Assembly: GCA_041659365.1 (NCBI GenBank)
Contig: JBAZYH010000001.1
Location: forward strand, 37,590 to 101,589
DNA: 64,000 bases
DNA from: Minisyncoccota bacterium
Lineage (GTDB): Bacteria; Patescibacteriota; Minisyncoccia; Phycocordibacterales; GWA1-40-21
Reading direction: 5' to 3'
Shown here: positions 29,234 to 41,500 of the stretch, in pieces
Layout of the letters: every line of letters begins with the position of its first letter
How positions within the stretch are numbered: the stretch's first letter is position 1
Notes under the pieces: model-generated
Databases searched by the model: none
Seen by the model: only the letters and a program-made list of their open reading frames with translations
Told to the model about the DNA's origin: nothing
Made by a program: the position numbers and the translations under genes

Positions 29234-29923
29234 TTAATGATTATACTTAATATTCATCTCTCTATCCATATCGTCCATATATTCTTTTGTGGTTTTAAGT
29301 TTTATATCTTTTATTGATAAAACAGCATTTACTTCACCGCGACTAATTAATTTAAATACTAATTGCAATTTTGTTGATTCAAATATTGGTTCAGCTGTAC
29401 CATCCATATAATCATCACGAGACATCTGAAGATCTGAACCAATATATCCAATTATTTCAGAATTGTCATTTAAATCTTTAAGAGATACAACAAAATAGTC
29501 TCCATCACCAGCCTTGGTAAATTTATAATTAAAAGTCAAAACTCCACCATCAAAATCTTTCGGAACATCAACTACTGCAAACACACCAGCATTAGCTTCT
29601 TCTTTTATGAGATACTCACCATTATTAAATATAACATCCCCAAATGTTTCAAAAATATTTTTTATTGTGTTTGTATTAAATTCACTTATTGATAAAACTT
29701 TTGATTTTATTGTTGTCGTCCCAACATTTCCATCAGAAACTGTCATATTTACTACTTTATCATTATCAATAATATTATCAGTAGTCGTTGTTGCTATTAT
29801 GGAGATAGTATTTTGTACATTTATTTTTTTATTTACATAAATATAAAAACCCCCACCAATTAATAACAAAATAATAACTGCAATTATTATTGAAAGTTTA
29901 AAATATTTTTGATTATTTTTCAT
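29234..29923 (-). CDS. hypothetical membrane-anchored extracellular protein
   Basis: N-terminal TM, ATTT linker, beta-rich C-terminus. Confidence 0.7.
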   Translation of the reverse strand: MKNNQKYFKLSIIIAVIILLLIGGGFYIYVNKKINVQNTISIIATTTTDNIIDNDKVVNMTVSDGNVGTTTIKSKVLSISEFNTNTIKNIFETFGDVIFNNGEYLIKEEANAGVFAVVDVPKDFDGGVLTFNYKFTKAGDGDYFVVSLKDLNDNSEIIGYIGSDLQMSRDDYMDGTAEPIFESTKLQLVFKLISRGEVNAVLSIKDIKLKTTKEYMDDMDREMNIKYNH

Positions 29924-30131
29924 AATAAAATTATATCAAAATCTATTTAATAATGATACTTTAATTTATTTTATAAATACCACTTTGTCTTTACGAGTAG
30001 AAAAAAATAATCCAGATTTAATAAAACAAAAATCGAGGAGACACCTTTTTGAAGATTTAAGGTCTCACCTCAATTTTTGTTTAAAAAAAAACACACTTTC
30101 GTGTGTTTTTTTAAAAAACTCTAAGATAATA

Positions 30132-30398
30132 TTAGTATCTGCTTGGTCTTTCTTCCTTTGGTCTTGCTTCGTTTACTGTCAATTTTCTGCCATCAAGCTC
30201 TTGACCATTCCACATCTCTATAGCTGCCTTTGCACCTTCATCTGTTGCCATCTCAACAAAGCCGAAGCCTTTTGATCTACCTGTCATTTTGTCCATGATG
30301 ATAGCTGCTGATGTAACTTCTCCTGCTTTTGAAAAAGCTGCTGATAAAGCGTCCTCTGATGTGCTATAAGAAACACCACCTACATATAATTTCTTCAT
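30132..30398 (-). CDS. RRM RNA-binding protein
   Basis: RNP2 LYVGG, RNP1 KGFGFVEM and LTVNEARP. Confidence 0.95.
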   Translation of the reverse strand: MKKLYVGGVSYSTSEDALSAAFSKAGEVTSAAIIMDKMTGRSKGFGFVEMATDEGAKAAIEMWNGQELDGRKLTVNEARPKEERPSRY

Positions 30399-30681
30399 TC
30401 TCTAAATATATTAACACTAACTTAATAAAACCCTAAAATTTTCCAGGAGATAGAAAGATGACTAACCTTTCAAAAATATCCAAGATACTTCTTAGTTATT
30501 GACAAGTATATACCATATTGAATATTTTGTCAACATCAAAAATATCCTATTTTATAAGGGTATCTGTTGATAACTTTAGTTTATACAAACTTAATTACCT
30601 TCTATAGATAAATAGAAATAAAAAAACTGAGGAGACACCTTTTTAAAGATTTAAGGTCTCACCTCGGTTTTTTCTACTTAT

Positions 30682-31923
30682 TTAATAACTCTGCAATCTA
30701 TTTATCTTCTCATGATTTCTTATCTTTTCATGAGCCTTGGCTTCAATCTGTCTTATTCTCTCTCTTGTAACGCCAAATTCTGTTCCCACCTCTTCAAGAG
30801 TGTGAGTAACCCCATCATTTAAACCATGTCTCATTTCAAGTATTTTTCTTTCTTTGAGAGAAAGATCGTCGAGTATTTCTTTTACTTGGTCGGATAATAT
30901 TCTTCTTGAAGATTCTTGATCTGGAGAAAGTATCTTATCATCTGCAACAAAGTCCCCGAGAGTAGACTTACCATCATCACTATCATCACCAACGGGTGCC
31001 TCGAGAGAAACAGTATCTTGGTCAATCTTTTCAATCATATAAACTTTTTCTACTTCAAGACCCATCTCTGTAGCGATTTCATCTGACATTGGTTCTCTAC
31101 CCAAATCTTGTGAAAGTCTTCTGTAAACTTGTTTGTATTTTGCAATAGTTTCAACCATGTGTACGGGGACACGAATAGTTCTTGATTGATCTGCGAGAGC
31201 TCTTGTAATAGCTTGTCTGATCCACCATGTAGCATAAGTAGAAAACTTATAACCCTTTGTCCAATCAAATTTATCTACAGCTTTAAAAAGACCCAGGTTT
31301 CCTTCTTGTATCAAATCAAGAAGTGTAAGATCTGCACTTCTACCAACATATTTTTTTGCAATAGAAACAACAAGTCTAAGGTTTGCTTTTGCAAGAAGAC
31401 TCTTCGCTTCTGTATCACCGGCCTCAATTTTCCTAGCCAAATCTTTCTCCATAGAAGCACTTATAAGTGGGTACTGCCCTATTTCTTTAAGATAAATTTG
31501 TATAGAGTCATAGCTAGCATCTGCTGATCTACCACTATATGTATATTTCTTTACTTGTTCATCAAGAACCTCAAGCATTCCACCTCCTTCAAGAACGTCG
31601 ATACCAGCGACTATAAATTTATTATAAAGTTCATCAAGAAAAATAACATCGTCTTCAATCTTTGGAAATTCTTTTAAAATCTCATCATAAGTAACAAAAC
31701 CTCTTTCTCTACCCTTATTCAATATTCTTTCGGCCTTAATATCACTTTCTCTCCTTTTAATAGAAACTTTGGGAGAAGAAATTGTTTTTTGTTTTATTTC
31801 TTCTTTTTTAGCAACTTTTTTAACAACAGTTTTTTTGACTGGCTTTGCTTTTATAACTTTTGGTTTAGAGACTTTTGCTTTTTTTGCCTTAGATACAACT
31901 TTTGTTTTTTTCTTTGATGACAT
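30682..31923 (-). CDS. rpoD: primary sigma-70 factor with Lys-rich N-terminal tail
   Basis: [35 protein letters not shown] and [16 protein letters not shown]; follows dnaG. Confidence 0.95.
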   Translation of the reverse strand: MSSKKKTKVVSKAKKAKVSKPKVIKAKPVKKTVVKKVAKKEEIKQKTISSPKVSIKRRESDIKAERILNKGRERGFVTYDEILKEFPKIEDDVIFLDELYNKFIVAGIDVLEGGGMLEVLDEQVKKYTYSGRSADASYDSIQIYLKEIGQYPLISASMEKDLARKIEAGDTEAKSLLAKANLRLVVSIAKKYVGRSADLTLLDLIQEGNLGLFKAVDKFDWTKGYKFSTYATWWIRQAITRALADQSRTIRVPVHMVETIAKYKQVYRRLSQDLGREPMSDEIATEMGLEVEKVYMIEKIDQDTVSLEAPVGDDSDDGKSTLGDFVADDKILSPDQESSRRILSDQVKEILDDLSLKERKILEMRHGLNDGVTHTLEEVGTEFGVTRERIRQIEAKAHEKIRNHEKINRLQSY

Positions 31924-31927
31924 ATTT

Positions 31928-33670
31928 TTATATAAATTTATTAACTTCTTTTTTAATCTCGCCCAGCCTTTTCATTATTTCATTCAACCTTATTGATATT
32001 GAACTTGCCCTATCTGTAGCTTTTTCACCTTCGGCCTTTTTTAAATCTGACAACAAACTAGTAATCTCTTTTTTAAAATATTCTTCCTGTAAATTTAACA
32101 GGAGGTATTCTATTTCTCTCTTTATTTTATTATCATCTAAATTACCATAATACCCTTCAGCCTCAAATGCAAGTTCACTTTGTTTATCTTTCAGTTCAGT
32201 TTCAAATTTATTATAATTATCTTGTCCTAAGATGTCCTTAATTTTAACTTTCAAACCACCAGAATCTATTATAGTTTTATCTTTTAATGTCTCCTGACTA
32301 GCTATTATAGATGCCAAACTTCTTTCTATAGAACCTTTCTTTAATCTATCTGAACTTATCTCTCTTTCTATTGTTTTATTTTCCTCTTGATTCTTTATTT
32401 GAAACTCTTCATCCAATTTTACTTTATTCAAATCCTCCATTACATATTCTTCTTTCGTCCCTACTATATCTGCAATCTTTGCCACATATCTACCTTTTTC
32501 AGTTTCACTTTGCAAAAGATAAATATACGGTAGTACCCGCTTTTTTATTTCTGGCCAAAGTTTTTTCTTATCTGTAATTTCTGAAGTTATTCTATTTAAA
32601 AGAAAATCAATCAAATGTATAGAATTTTTTATAACATCTTTAAATTTCTCTTTGTCCTTTAATACTAAATCTGCAGGATCAAAACCATCTGGTATTGCCG
32701 CAACTTTAACATCCATTCCTAAAGATAGAGCTAACGCCCACCCCCTTTCTGCAGCTTTTGCCCCGGCATTATCAGAATCAAAAGACATTATTATCTTATT
32801 TGAAATTCTTTTTAATATAGTTAAATGATCAATAGTGAGAGCTGTCCCAGAAGAAGCTACGGTATTTGTAAAACCAGCTTGATGAGACATTATTATATCC
32901 ATTTGACCTTCTACAAGAATAGAAAAATCAAACTTTCTAATAGAGTGTTTTGCTCTATCAAGTCCGTAAAGAATTCTAGATTTATCAAAAACTTCTGTTT
33001 GTGGACTATTCAAGTATTTTGCAGACTTTCCATCATCATGAAGAATTCTTCCTGAGAAAGCAATAACTCTTCCAGCAGTATCAAAGATAGGAAACATTAT
33101 TCTACCTCTGAATCTATCATAAGTGTTTTGACCTTCTGTCTTTATCATACCAGCACGAAGCATTTCATCATCAGTATAACCTTTTGACTTCAAATATTCA
33201 TATATAGTTCTCCATTCATCTCTCACATATCCTACTCTCCACTCTTTAATAGTTTTTTCTGTAAGTCCTCTCTTCTTTAAATATTCAAGAGGTATTTCTT
33301 CGTCCAACAAATTCTTCTCTAAAAACAAAGTTGTAGCTTCAAGTAGTGAAAATATTCTTTCTCTTTTATCATCAACTTTTGGAGCAAACTGTTCTATAGT
33401 AATACCCGCTTTGTCTGCAAGAAGTTTTAATGCACCAATAAAATCTATACTTTCAAACTCTTGAACAAAAGTAAAAATATCTCCCTTTGCCTGACATCCA
33501 AAACAGTAGTAACTTCCGCGATCTGGAGACACAAAAAAAGACGGCGTTTTTTCATTGTGAAAAGGACACCTTGCTTTGAAGTTGTTACCAGCTCTTTCTA
33601 ATTTTATGTAAGAGCCGACAACTTCTTCAATACTTAATTTTTCTTTTATTTGTTCTACGGATGAGGACAT
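31928..33670 (-). CDS. dnaG: DNA primase
   Basis: [11 protein letters not shown] zinc finger, [16 protein letters not shown] and TOPRIM VEGQMD / FDSDNAG. Confidence 0.97.
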   Translation of the reverse strand: MSSSVEQIKEKLSIEEVVGSYIKLERAGNNFKARCPFHNEKTPSFFVSPDRGSYYCFGCQAKGDIFTFVQEFESIDFIGALKLLADKAGITIEQFAPKVDDKRERIFSLLEATTLFLEKNLLDEEIPLEYLKKRGLTEKTIKEWRVGYVRDEWRTIYEYLKSKGYTDDEMLRAGMIKTEGQNTYDRFRGRIMFPIFDTAGRVIAFSGRILHDDGKSAKYLNSPQTEVFDKSRILYGLDRAKHSIRKFDFSILVEGQMDIIMSHQAGFTNTVASSGTALTIDHLTILKRISNKIIMSFDSDNAGAKAAERGWALALSLGMDVKVAAIPDGFDPADLVLKDKEKFKDVIKNSIHLIDFLLNRITSEITDKKKLWPEIKKRVLPYIYLLQSETEKGRYVAKIADIVGTKEEYVMEDLNKVKLDEEFQIKNQEENKTIEREISSDRLKKGSIERSLASIIASQETLKDKTIIDSGGLKVKIKDILGQDNYNKFETELKDKQSELAFEAEGYYGNLDDNKIKREIEYLLLNLQEEYFKKEITSLLSDLKKAEGEKATDRASSISIRLNEIMKRLGEIKKEVNKFI

Positions 33671-33681
33671 AAATATAATAT

Positions 33682-34686
33682 TTATTTAATTAAAAAATAA
33701 TTATCACTAGAATCACAAATGTTTTTACCACCTATAAAATCACAAATTTTAATCTTATATTTAGTATTAGTTTTAATGTCATTATCTCCAGGAAAAGATG
33801 ATACAAAAACCCCTTCTCCTAAATTATCAATATAATAACGATTATCCTCTCTTACGATTGAATCATTAGTATCAATAATATAAACCTTAAAATTTGGCAA
33901 CGAAGAATATACACCGTTAATACTAGATGTTGCCGATGGAAAATATTTATTTCCCTCTGAGGTAGTCCACCTAAACATTAAATCTCCGGCCATAATAATC
34001 TGACTATAAGGGATAACTTCACCTCCATTTGGTGAAAGAACAGTAATTGAGGGTTGAATTAAGGTTGCTTCACATTTTTCCTCCCAAACTCTCAAGCATT
34101 TATTTTTTACTTCACACCAAGAATATCCAGCTGAACCTGTACAACCATGAATATCTTTATCACCACCTACAATATTATTCATAAATTTAAATGATGAAAT
34201 AATATTTTGACCAACTAGATATTCTGGTGAAGCCTCTTTAGTTGCTTTACTAACATCTAAATTCCACCAAGATTGAGCAGGCTGGTTACTACCAAAATCA
34301 GCAATAGATTCTATTCGCCCATCTGGCATATATATCAAGACACGATAACTGACCCCGATACTTTGGTATCCTGGAAAATTGTAACGGAGAGGGCTTTCAA
34401 CTGTTATTGATACAGTAACTGCATTTGATGTATTATTAATATTACTTTTATCAATAATTTTCCAATCTGATGGATATTTTACTTCAAATCCACCCCAAGT
34501 ATTTGTATAAGTTTTCCAATCTTTAGTCTCATCTATAGTTGGTGCAGATCTACCAGGAAAACAAAGCGGTGGCCAACAAGGGAAATTACTCTTTGATGTT
34601 TTTATATAGAATATTCCACCGCCAATTGCAAAAATAGCAACAATAGCGATTATTATAGGAATGACGAAACCTTTTTGTGAATTCAT
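33682..34686 (-). CDS. surface protein with pilin-like leader, PsbP-like segment, Cys-rich motif and Ig-like C-terminus
   Basis: QKG|FVIPIII, WKTYTN..FEVKYPSDW, GGDKDIHGC..SAGYSWC..C.R.WEE.C and ITVLSPNGGE. Confidence 0.7.
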   Translation of the reverse strand: MNSQKGFVIPIIIAIVAIFAIGGGIFYIKTSKSNFPCWPPLCFPGRSAPTIDETKDWKTYTNTWGGFEVKYPSDWKIIDKSNINNTSNAVTVSITVESPLRYNFPGYQSIGVSYRVLIYMPDGRIESIADFGSNQPAQSWWNLDVSKATKEASPEYLVGQNIISSFKFMNNIVGGDKDIHGCTGSAGYSWCEVKNKCLRVWEEKCEATLIQPSITVLSPNGGEVIPYSQIIMAGDLMFRWTTSEGNKYFPSATSSINGVYSSLPNFKVYIIDTNDSIVREDNRYYIDNLGEGVFVSSFPGDNDIKTNTKYKIKICDFIGGKNICDSSDNYFLIK

Positions 34687-34774
34687 AGTTTAATTAATTA
34701 ATCTAATTAATAAACAATTTTTAGGAGTCGGTCTTTATGAAGATAATCCCCGAAACAATCTATTTTTAAAAATT

Positions 34775-34858
34775 CTGGATTGCTTCGGGATTGCCCTCGC
34801 AAAGACGAACTCGATACCCTGAAAGGAACTCTGGATTCCCGTCTTCACGGGAATGACA
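34775..34858. repeat. family A and family B repeats
   Basis: CTGGATTGCTTCG..CTCGCAAAGAC and CTGGATTCCCGTCTTCACGGGAATGACA. Confidence 0.8.
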
Positions 34859-34884
34859 AATACCTTAAAACTATAATCTAAAAT

Positions 34885-37800
34885 CTAATTTTCGTAACTA
34901 TCTCCATCCAACTCTTGTTGAAGATCTTTTATCATTTGGTATTTCTTACTACCCGCAAAACCAGTACCAGCAGGAATTACTCTACCAATAATAACATTTT
35001 CTTTTAGACCAGTTAAACTATCTTTTGTACCCTTAATAGCAGCATTTATAAGTATTCTTACTGTGTGTTGGAATGATGCAGCTGAAAGGAAACTCCTTCT
35101 GGAAAGTGAAGATTCTGTAATACCCATAACCATAAGTTTTGCTTCCATTTCTTTTCCTTTCTTTTCTTTGATATCTCTATTTTCAAGAACTAAATCAAGT
35201 TCATCGATAATATCTCCAATGCAATAATCTGAAGTACCTGGATCAGTAACAACCTTCTTTGAGAACATTTGTTTAACAATAATCTCAATGTGTTTTCTAG
35301 CAACAGCTTCTCCTTGAAGTTCATAAGGTTTACCAACTTCAGTAATAATATAATCCATCGCTCTATCTTTTCCTGCGAATTCAAATATTTCATCTGTATC
35401 TGCAGAACCATCTGTAAGTAGTTGTCCTTTCGCAATCTTTTCTCCAACTTTTACAAGTGGCATTCTTTTTGGACTAAACACATACTCAACTTCACCAGAC
35501 TTCTTTACCTTACCCTTATCTTCTATATCAGCCATAACTGTAATTATTTTTTCTTTACCAAAATCTTTTACAGAAGTTACAAGTCCGTTTACAGTAGCAA
35601 CTATAGCAGGGTTCTTTGGTCTTCTCTTTTCAAAGATTTCTTCAACTCTAGGCAAACCTTGTGTAATATCTCCACCAACAGATGCAGTACCTCCAGAGTG
35701 GAAAGTTCTCATTGTAAGCTGTGTACCTGGCTCACCGATAGCCTGTGCAGCTATTGTACCAACAGCTTCTCCAACATCTATAAGTGCACTTCTTCCAAGA
35801 TCCATACCGTAACATTTTGCACAAATACCGTGTAGTGTTTTACATGACAATGGTGATCTAGCAACAATTCTTTCTACTTCAGCTTGTTCTATCTTTTGTG
35901 CATCATCCTTTGTAAGTAAATGTCCTTTTTCGAACATAACCTTTCCATCTTTTAGAATCACATCTTCAGCAAGTACTCTACCTCTAATATTTTTTGCTAC
36001 AGAAGAGCCTGTGTCCATACCTGAATTTCCTTTTATAATAATACCTTCTTTTGTTCCACAATCTTGTTCTGTAATTATTATATCCTGAGCAACATCAAAC
36101 AATCTTCTTGTAAGATATCCGGCTTTAGCAGTGTTTAATGCTGTGTCTGTAAGACCTTTTCTTGAACCGTGAGTTGTAATGAAATATTCAATAGGTGTAA
36201 GACCTTCTTTTGTAGAACTTATAACTGGGAATTCAATAGTTTCACCCATTGTGTTCTGAATCAAACCTTTCATACCAGCCATTTGTGTAAGAGAACCTAG
36301 AGATCCTCTAGCTCCTGACTTCCACATATCATATACAGAACCATTCTTATCAAGTGCTCCAGGAATAAGTTTCTCGAGCTCACCTTTTGCACCCTGCCAT
36401 ATTTCAACATTTCTTCTAACTCTTTCTTCTTCAGTTAGTAAACCTTCATTAAACTGTTCCATAACTTCCAAAGATTTACCTTTTGCAGATTTAATAACAC
36501 CTCCTTTTTCTACAGGAATTTGTACGTCATCAATACCCCAAGTAACTCCAGAAACTGTTGCATATTTAAATCCAAAATTCTTAATCTTATCCATGATAGG
36601 AGCAATCTTGTCTGGACCATGTTGTATTATAAGATCATCAATAATTTTTGATATTTGTTTTTTATCTATCTCTTTATTTACAAAAGGATAGTCACTAGGA
36701 AGAACACTGTTGAAAAGTAATCTTCCAACACTAGTCTCAAAAAGTTGTCCATTAAACTGAGCATACTTTATTTTTTCTGATGGTAAGATTTTTATTTTTG
36801 TTCTAAATCCTACAATACCAAGATCATATGCAGTAATACCAGCATTTGTAGATGAAAAATATTTACCCTCTCCCTTTTCACCTTCAACAATTTTTGTCAT
36901 CCAGAAACAACCAAGAACGATATCCAAAAGCTTTGCAGAAATTGTTGGTTCTCCATTTCCTGGTCTCAAAACGTTTTTATTAGCAGCCATTATATCTCGT
37001 GCCTCTCTTTGTGCTTCTTCTCCAAGTGGTACGTGAACAGCCATCTGGTCACCATCGAAGTCAGCATTAAAAGCAGTACATACAAGTGGGTGAACTTGAA
37101 TAGCATTACCCTCTATAAGTATAGGTCTGAAAGCTTGAATACCAAGCCTGTGAAGTGTAGGTGCTCTGTTTAAAAGTACATATTTATCTTTAATAACATC
37201 TTCAAGTATTGCCCAAACTTCGGCTACGCCATCATCTATAAGCTTACCTGCACCTCTTATATTGTAAGCTAATTCTTTACTCAAAAGCTGAGAAATAACA
37301 AACGGTCTAAAAAGCTCAAGTGCCATATGTTTTGGCAAACCACACTGGTCAAGATGAAGATCAGGACCAACAACAATAACGGATCTACCTGAATAGTCTA
37401 CACGCTTACCCAAAAGGTTAAGTCTAAACAAACCTCTTTTACCCTTAAGGTTATCTGCGAGAGATTTAAGAGGTCTCTTTTGTGATGCACTTCCTAAAGC
37501 TGAAAATAGTGAGTTACCATGTCTAATAGAATTATCTATAAGAGCGTCTACAGCTTCTTGTAAAATTCTTTTTTCATTTCTTAAAATAACATCAGGAGCA
37601 CTTATTTCTTTAAGCTTAAGTAATCTATTATTTCTATTTATAACTCTTCTGTACAAATCATTCACATCTGATGTAGCAAATCTACCTCCATCAAGCGGAA
37701 CCATAGGTCTAAGTGCTGGTGGTATAACTGGAATTTTTGTAAGGAACATCCACTCAGGTCTTGAACCAGAAGCTATCATAGATCTTATAAGACTAAGTCT

Positions 37801-38562
37801 CTTATTTAATTTTTCACTATCAATAGTATTTGCTTTTTCAAGTTTTCCTTCAATTTTCTTTGCAAGCTCTACTAAATCAAGTTTTTTTAATATTTCATAA
37901 ATAACTTCTCCACCGATACCAGCTTCAAAAGCTGCACCGTATTTAATAGAAAACTTATGGAACATAACTTCATCCAAAACTTTTCCTTCTTGGATACTCT
38001 CAACTTCTTTCTTTGCATTAAGAGCCATCTCTTTAAGAGCCTCCTTCGTCTTTTCGTCTGTAACAGATTTTACTTTGTTTTTGAATTCGTTATCTATTTC
38101 TTTAAGAATTCTTTCTTTTTCTGATTCTGTTGTTTTTATAATTATGTATCCTGCAAAGTATATAACTTTTTCAAGATCACCTACTGACATTCCCATTATT
38201 GCACCCAATCTTGAAGGAGTACCCCTCAAAAACCAGATATGAGAAACAGGTGATGAAAGCGCAATGTGTCCCATTCTCTCTCTTCTTACTATTGATCTTA
38301 TTATTTCAACCCCACATTTTTCACAAACAATTCCCTTATATCTTATACCTTTGTATTTACCACAGTAACATTCATAATCCTTATCTGGACCAAATATCTT
38401 CTCATCGAAAAGTCCGCCTCTTTCTGATCTCTGAGTTCTGTAATTTATAGTTTCTGGTTTTGTGATCTCACCAAAAGACCATCCTTCGATGACTTCTGGA
38501 GAAGCAACACTAATAGATATTATGTTGAAATTTTGATCTGCTGATGATTTATTTATTTTCAT
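34885..38562 (-). CDS. rpoC: RNA polymerase beta' subunit
   Basis: NADFDGD, GKRVDYSGRSVI and GEPGTQLTMRTFH. Confidence 0.99.
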   Translation of the reverse strand: MKINKSSADQNFNIISISVASPEVIEGWSFGEITKPETINYRTQRSERGGLFDEKIFGPDKDYECYCGKYKGIRYKGIVCEKCGVEIIRSIVRRERMGHIALSSPVSHIWFLRGTPSRLGAIMGMSVGDLEKVIYFAGYIIIKTTESEKERILKEIDNEFKNKVKSVTDEKTKEALKEMALNAKKEVESIQEGKVLDEVMFHKFSIKYGAAFEAGIGGEVIYEILKKLDLVELAKKIEGKLEKANTIDSEKLNKRLSLIRSMIASGSRPEWMFLTKIPVIPPALRPMVPLDGGRFATSDVNDLYRRVINRNNRLLKLKEISAPDVILRNEKRILQEAVDALIDNSIRHGNSLFSALGSASQKRPLKSLADNLKGKRGLFRLNLLGKRVDYSGRSVIVVGPDLHLDQCGLPKHMALELFRPFVISQLLSKELAYNIRGAGKLIDDGVAEVWAILEDVIKDKYVLLNRAPTLHRLGIQAFRPILIEGNAIQVHPLVCTAFNADFDGDQMAVHVPLGEEAQREARDIMAANKNVLRPGNGEPTISAKLLDIVLGCFWMTKIVEGEKGEGKYFSSTNAGITAYDLGIVGFRTKIKILPSEKIKYAQFNGQLFETSVGRLLFNSVLPSDYPFVNKEIDKKQISKIIDDLIIQHGPDKIAPIMDKIKNFGFKYATVSGVTWGIDDVQIPVEKGGVIKSAKGKSLEVMEQFNEGLLTEEERVRRNVEIWQGAKGELEKLIPGALDKNGSVYDMWKSGARGSLGSLTQMAGMKGLIQNTMGETIEFPVISSTKEGLTPIEYFITTHGSRKGLTDTALNTAKAGYLTRRLFDVAQDIIITEQDCGTKEGIIIKGNSGMDTGSSVAKNIRGRVLAEDVILKDGKVMFEKGHLLTKDDAQKIEQAEVERIVARSPLSCKTLHGICAKCYGMDLGRSALIDVGEAVGTIAAQAIGEPGTQLTMRTFHSGGTASVGGDITQGLPRVEEIFEKRRPKNPAIVATVNGLVTSVKDFGKEKIITVMADIEDKGKVKKSGEVEYVFSPKRMPLVKVGEKIAKGQLLTDGSADTDEIFEFAGKDRAMDYIITEVGKPYELQGEAVARKHIEIIVKQMFSKKVVTDPGTSDYCIGDIIDELDLVLENRDIKEKKGKEMEAKLMVMGITESSLSRRSFLSAASFQHTVRILINAAIKGTKDSLTGLKENVIIGRVIPAGTGFAGSKKYQMIKDLQQELDGDSYEN

Positions 38563-38594
38563 ATTTTTGTTTTTAGTTATTTTATTTGCAAAAA

Positions 38595-41500
38595 TTATTT
38601 TTCATCATTATCGTCACTCAAATCTTCATTCTTGAGTTCAACGTTAAGACCAAGACCTTTCATACTATTAAGTAATACAAGGAATGATGCTGGTAAGTTT
38701 GGTTGCTTTAATCTTTCTCCTTTAACTATAGAGTCAAACGCGGCTGATCTTCCTACAATATCATCTGATTTGATAGTGAGCATTTCTCTGAGTGTATAAG
38801 CAGCACCGTAACCCAATAGAGCCCACACCTCCATTTCTCCAAATCTCTGTCCTCCTCCTTGTGCTCTTCCTCCCAAAGGCTGTTGAGTAATCATTGAGTA
38901 AGGTCCGATAGATCTCATGTGTATCTTGTCTTCAACTTCATGGTGCAGTTTCAAGATATACATATATCCAACTGAAATATCTTGTTCAAAATGTTGACCA
39001 TTTCTTCCATCATAGAGTCTCATTTTACCTGATTCATTGTAACCTGATTTTTTAAGTTCTTCTTTTATTTCTTTTTCTGTAGCACCCATAAATGGTGGAA
39101 CAACAGCTTGGTAGTTTAAAGTATTTGCAGCAAGACCAAGGTGGAGCTCAAGAATCTGTCCTAAGTTCATACGAGAAGGAACACCAAGCGGTGTGAGGAT
39201 AAGATCTACAGGAGTACCATCTTCCATATAAGGCATATCTTCAACTGGTAATATTCTTGAGATAACTCCTTTGTTTCCGTGTCTTCCAGCAAGTTTGTCT
39301 CCAACAGAAATATTTCTAAGTTGAGCGATTTCTATATGTATTCTCTTTATTATACCTGATTCAAGCTTATCTCCATTTTCTCTTGAAAAGATTTTTACAG
39401 TAATAATTCTTCCTCTCTTTCCGCTTTCGAGTCTCTTTGATGTATCTTTTACATCTCTTGCTTTTTCTCCGAAAATTGATCTTAGGAGTCTCTCTTCTGG
39501 TGTAAGTTGTGTTTCTCCTTTTGGAGTAATCTTACCTACAAGTATATCTCCAGGAACAACTTCAGCACCAACTCTTATAATACCGTCTTCATCTAAGTTT
39601 TTAAGTTTTGATTCACCAACGTTTGGAATATCATGAGTTGTAACTTCAGGTCCAAGTTTTGTATCGCGAACATTTACAACAAATTCTTCAATGTGGATAG
39701 ATGAGAATTTACTGTTCTTTACCATTCTCTCTGAAATAATTATAGCGTCTTCATAGTTTGAACCGCTCCATGTCATGAAAGCAACAAGTGCATTTTGACC
39801 AATAGCCATTTCTCCGTTTACAGAAGAAGATGTATCAGCGAGTAAATCACCTTTCTTAACTTTCTGTCCAAGATCTACTGATGGTCTCTGATGGAAAGGA
39901 GTAAAACCGTTTGTTCTTGAAAAACTTACAAGTCTGTGCTCTTTTTCTTTTCCACTCTTTGTACCTTTTACAACAATTCTTCTAGCATCAACCGCAGTAA
40001 CAGTACCTTCTTCTTCTGAGAAAATAACTCTTCCTGTATATTTTGCTGCTGCTGCCTCAATACCTGTAGCAACTAAAGGTGCTTCCGCGACAACACAAGG
40101 AACTGCCTGCTTTTGCATGTTTGATCCCATCAATGCTCTGTTTGCATCATCGTGGTTTAGGAATGGAATCATAGATGTAGCAATAGAAAATGCTTGGTTT
40201 GCAGAAACATCTATGTAGTTAACTTCTTCTCTTTTAACAAGAGTTGGAATACCATTTACACGAACTTCAACCTCATCATCTGTGATCTTTCCTTTATCAT
40301 CATAATGAGTAGCACCGTGAGCAATCTTGAAACCTTCTTCTTCTAAAGCGTTAAAATATTTTACTTCATCTGTAACAACTCCTTTTATAACTTTTGCATA
40401 AGGAGTTTCAATCATTCCAAAATCATTAACTCTAGCATATGTTGAGAGTCTCAAAATAAGACCGATGTTCTGACCTTCAGGTGTGTGAATTGGACAAACT
40501 CTTCCATAGTGTGAAGGGTGAACGTCTCTAACTTCAAAACCAGCTCTTTCTCTTGTAAGTCCTCCAGGTCCTAGAGCAGATAATGTTCTCAAGTGTTCAA
40601 TTTCTTCGAGAATGTTTGTCTGTTGCATAAACTGAGACAATTGGTTTGTTGTAAAGAATTCTTTTATTCTAGCTTGTAGGGGTCTTGAAGAAACAAATTG
40701 TACAGGCATAGTAATATCAGGGTCTATAGTAGACATTCTATCCTGAATATTTCTTTTCATCTGTGCAATACCAACTCTGATTTTTGCTTGTAGTAATTCT
40801 CCAACGAATCTTATTCTTCTTGAACCCAAATGGTCGATATCATCTTCTACGGCTTCTGGATCATTGTTTAAAGCAACAATGTTTTTTACAATCACAACCA
40901 AATCATCAACAGTAATGTTTTTCTTTTCAAGAGACTCCTCATCCATAGGTTTATTAAATCTCTTGTTGAATTTAAATCTTCCAACTCTTGAAATATCGTA
41001 TCTCTCTTTATTGAAAATAGAATCCACAAAACCTTTTGCGTTTTCTGCAGAAGCTAGATCTCCGTCTCTAAGTCTTTTATATATTTCAAGGAATGAATCA
41101 TCCTGAGTTTTTGCATGATCCTTAAGTATAGTAGTTTCTATAACCTTAAGAGCTTCTTCATCATCTTTAAATAATTCCAAAATTTCTTTTTCTGTCTTTA
41201 TACCCAAAACTCTCAAAAGAGAAGAAATCGCGAACTTTCTCTTTTTATCAATTTTTACGTATATAGCACCGTCAGACTCAGATTCTATTTCAATCCAAGC
41301 ACCTCTTGCAGGAATAACTTTTGCACCGAAGAAATTCTTTCCTTTTGAATCATTCAATGTAAAGAAAATACCGTATGATCTTGCAAGCTGAGGAACAACA
41401 ACTCTTTCAATACCATTGATAATGAAAGTACCGTGATCTGTCATTAGAGGAATTTCTGAAAGGAAAATCTCTTGCTCTTTTGTTGTACCAAGAGTTTTAT